A stretch of DNA of 64,000 bases from Mizuhopecten yessoensis (taxonomy: Eukaryota), in assembly GCF_002113885.1 (NCBI RefSeq), contig NW_018480008.1, forward strand, positions 1-64,000. The letters run 5' to 3'. Positions 61,201-64,000 of this stretch are shown one piece after another. The translations under genes were made by a program, and so were the position numbers. Under the pieces are notes generated by a model. It worked only from the letters and a program-made list of their open reading frames with translations. It did not search any database and was not told the DNA's origin. Numbering within the stretch: position 1 is the stretch's first letter; every line of letters starts with the position of its first letter.

Positions 61201-63714
61201 AAGTAAATTGGGTCTGAAAGGCAAATAATTGTCACCCGGCACCAAGAAAGACATCATGGTTTCGAAGCAAAATTGATCAAGAGTATTAGAAATAAGTAAA
61301 ATATTGGGAATCAATCGTTCTTCGGTGTGGGAAAATTCGTTCCGAGTGAGCAGAAGTAGAGGTCAAATAGAAATCAACATTACTGAGGGAAGAGGGACAG
61401 TTTGACAGATCGTGACAAACGGACACTGCAGAGGTTAATTAAACTAAAACGACGCTCACATTTGAACGATATAATGACTGAATTTAATAGATATGCTCAA
61501 TTGAAAGAAGCTCGCCGTATCTAAAATGTATAAATTACCGGGGGAAATGTAATTTTAGTGATCTTGAAGCATGGGGACAAAATTCAAGTATGGAGAAAGG
61601 CCGCTGAAAGATCGGGAGTTGAATGCTTAGGCTATGTAAGTGTTCATCCCAAAGATATATTTGAAAATAATGGTGAGTAGTTGCATTACCTACGACTGTG
61701 TGGGAACTTTGGAATTTGTGGTAGGTAACATGAACTCTGAAAAACATCTTGACGTATCTGAAAATAATGCATAGACTGTAATTCTTAAAAATTTAAATGA
61801 CAGACAGCTTTACATTCCTAGAGGACAACACCCCTTGTCATGAATCTCGGTCGTGTAAAACATGGATAGCGGACAATCGTCTAACTGCGCTACAATGGCC
61901 TGCTAAAAGTCCTGATTTGAGTCCAATAGAAAATAGTTGGTTATTGATGAATAACTCATTAGATTTAAGGTACCAACAATGTTGAAAATCTGAAGTCCGA
62001 ATACAAATGAACATGATGCAAAACATTGATACATTATAAATACAACAAACAAAGAAGCCACTCAGGAATTGATAATGTCAACTTTCTACATGTTTTATGT
62101 ATGACGTAGCAGTGGGTGTTTAAGCTCATATAACATTTCAACAGAAGCAGTTAAGATATTGGTATCGATTTCTTTACTGCTATGTATGTTACTGATTATT
62201 TAATTACATATTTCTCAAGCAAATAAGCAAAAAGGATTGTTTGTATCAAGAGATTCGCATGGATGCCATCTAGATTGATAAAAAACGAAACTGGTCAACT
62301 CAAACTGAACTTGTACATGCATATATGCACTGCTTTTAGAAGAAACATTTTAAGTCTATTTCGAAAGTGTCAATTGTTGGAACGTATTAAGATATTCCAA
62401 TACATGCATGGATTACTAGCTAAACATTGCATATTGCTAAAGCGTGAAAATGTTCATCTTTATTTTTTTCCCCAAATTGAATATCATAAAATCGTAATTA
62501 CCTTGCAGGCCCCTCAAACGAACATGATTTCCGTTTACTATTTTTCTGAATACTTTAACATTGTTCTGCAAGTAAGTCAGTCATGACCCTTCTGTGCCAA
62601 ATTCAATTTACATTGAGATAATATCAAGAAAAGGAAATTGACGACATAAGTATGACCGGCTACCTGAGCACGTGGCGTTTATATTTGTTTATCAGGCAGA
62701 ACCGGCGACATATCTTACCATCAACATAACGGATTTCTTAGAAAGCTGCTGCCGACTGAAGGAAGAGCACTTGGAGGAAACAGTGTAAACGATGAATTCT
62801 GGAAACTCCTGGGGCAGGTTTACGGAGAGAAACAATTACTGCGGCTAAAAAAAGAAAACCCAGACGACTACGATAGTGTGATAAAAGTATTCGAAAATAA
62901 GGTGCGTTTCACTTCATTAGAAGGGGACGGGTTTCTTAGAATGAATATCAGGACAATCCTAATTGACAAAGAGGTCACTGATTTAAGTCGATTTTCTGGC
63001 AGTTTCCGAGTTGGCCCTGGGGACAAGCTTTCTTTCAGTCTGGAACAAATCCGACGATTGTTTGAAAAAACTTTAACAGCTATTGAAACAGGCATCGAGA
63101 GGATCCTGCATGCTCATCGGTTAAAAGGAGCTGAATACATATTGCTGGTTGGCGAATTCTCGGAGTGTAAACTTGTGCAAAGCGCCATCAGGAAAAGGTT
63201 CCCTCAGAAGAAAGTTATCGTGCCATGTCAACCAAGGCTGGCTGTTGTTAAAGGGGCAGCTCTCTTCATTTTCATTTCAAAGACAATGAATAGCGAAGCG
63301 CGATGTACTTATGGTGTTCAACACTGGCCAAAGTTTGACAAAACTCGACATCCGTTAGACAAGCTGGTGGTGATTGACGGGGTCATTCGATGCAAAGATG
63401 TTTTTTTCAAATACATCGAAAGGGGTGAACAGATTCCTAAAAACCGAAGAATATCACATGTGTGTTCACTGTTTACCTCCAGCACCGACACAGTAGAGTG
63501 TACAGTGTACGCATCATGCCATCGTGACCCTCAGTTTACCGACGACGAGGGATGTGCTGTCCTAGGAGTGCTACGGGCACCCTTCACTGTTGACAGAAAG
63601 GTGGCGGAGGTGGAGATAGAACAAACCCTTATCTTCAATAAGACATGCATCACGTTACAGGCAATAAACATGGAGACTGGACAGGTCTGCGAAACACAGA
63701 TGGAATATATGTAA
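58288..63714 (+). CDS. HSPA12: Heat shock 70 kDa protein 12 (HSPA12)-like protein, divergent, ~556 aa
   Basis: Exons 58288-58297 (MAK+G), 59730-60016, 60365-60574, 60795-60939, 62696-63714 join in frame with GT-AG. An alternative in-frame ATG lies at 59699. HSPA12-type motifs: TTLLLHPDKSFHSFGYEAE, VTFPARW..AKPCIREAAEKAG, LDPEVAA, YIVVDLGG, LGGNSVNDEF, ILLVGEFSECKLVQ, LAVVKGA, RCTYGV, CKDVF. Confidence 0.88.
61040..62030 (+). mobile_element. Tc1/mariner (DD34E) transposase pseudogene in an intron of the HSPA12-like gene
   Basis: The N-terminal HTH remnant GLKGK*LSPGTKKDI...EISKILGINRSSVW and TDRDKRTLQRLIK contain stops. The catalytic remnant FLEDNTPCH...WPAKSPDLSPIENSW has exactly 34 residues between D and E. 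TIRs not resolved. Confidence 0.85.
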
Positions 63715-64000
63715 GTAATATTCCATATGTCAATTATCAGTGCAATTTTATCTAAATATACTACATAGTACTGCTTTGAAAAACTGCTTTTTTGATTTAC
63801 TCCATCATATGATAAATGTACACTTCTATTCCATCCTTTTCATACAACCTGTTATTTATCAATTATATACTTTTTTATTCTAACAAAGGAGTTAAAGACT
63901 TATCTGGTTAACGTAAACACTCCGAAAAAATGTATTTGTCTATCTCTCTTTTTCAGGTAAATGCAATGGGAGGATGAGTTCACGGAAGGAGGTGACCGGT

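Overview
AT-rich, intron-containing animal genomic DNA, not prokaryotic. It is most likely a bivalve mollusc, inferred from the HSPA12-type gene, the Helentron/HINE-like element and the Penelope-like remnant. From left to right the window holds: (1) a palindrome-rich 76-bp satellite, followed by a probable last exon of an upstream gene; (2) transposon remnants; (3) a minus-strand orphan gene with three tandemly duplicated phase-0 exons and a charged terminal exon; (4) two tandem 9-exon tetraspanin paralogs with identical exon architecture and a shared upstream block; (5) a divergent HSPA12-like gene with degenerate nucleotide-binding loops and a dead Tc1 element in an intron. The main finding is tetraspanin paralog B. 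Its last exon is an uninterrupted 12.4-kb reading frame that adds a ~4,100-aa acidic, hierarchically repetitive cytoplasmic tail (predicted protein 4,328 aa), ending in a FFAT-like motif, a Lys-rich segment and an RVxW motif. Paralog A (485 aa) has a truncated version of the same tail, and the decayed remainder is still visible after its stop codon. All gene models were assembled by eye from GT-AG sites and frame continuity. No database search or expression data were used.
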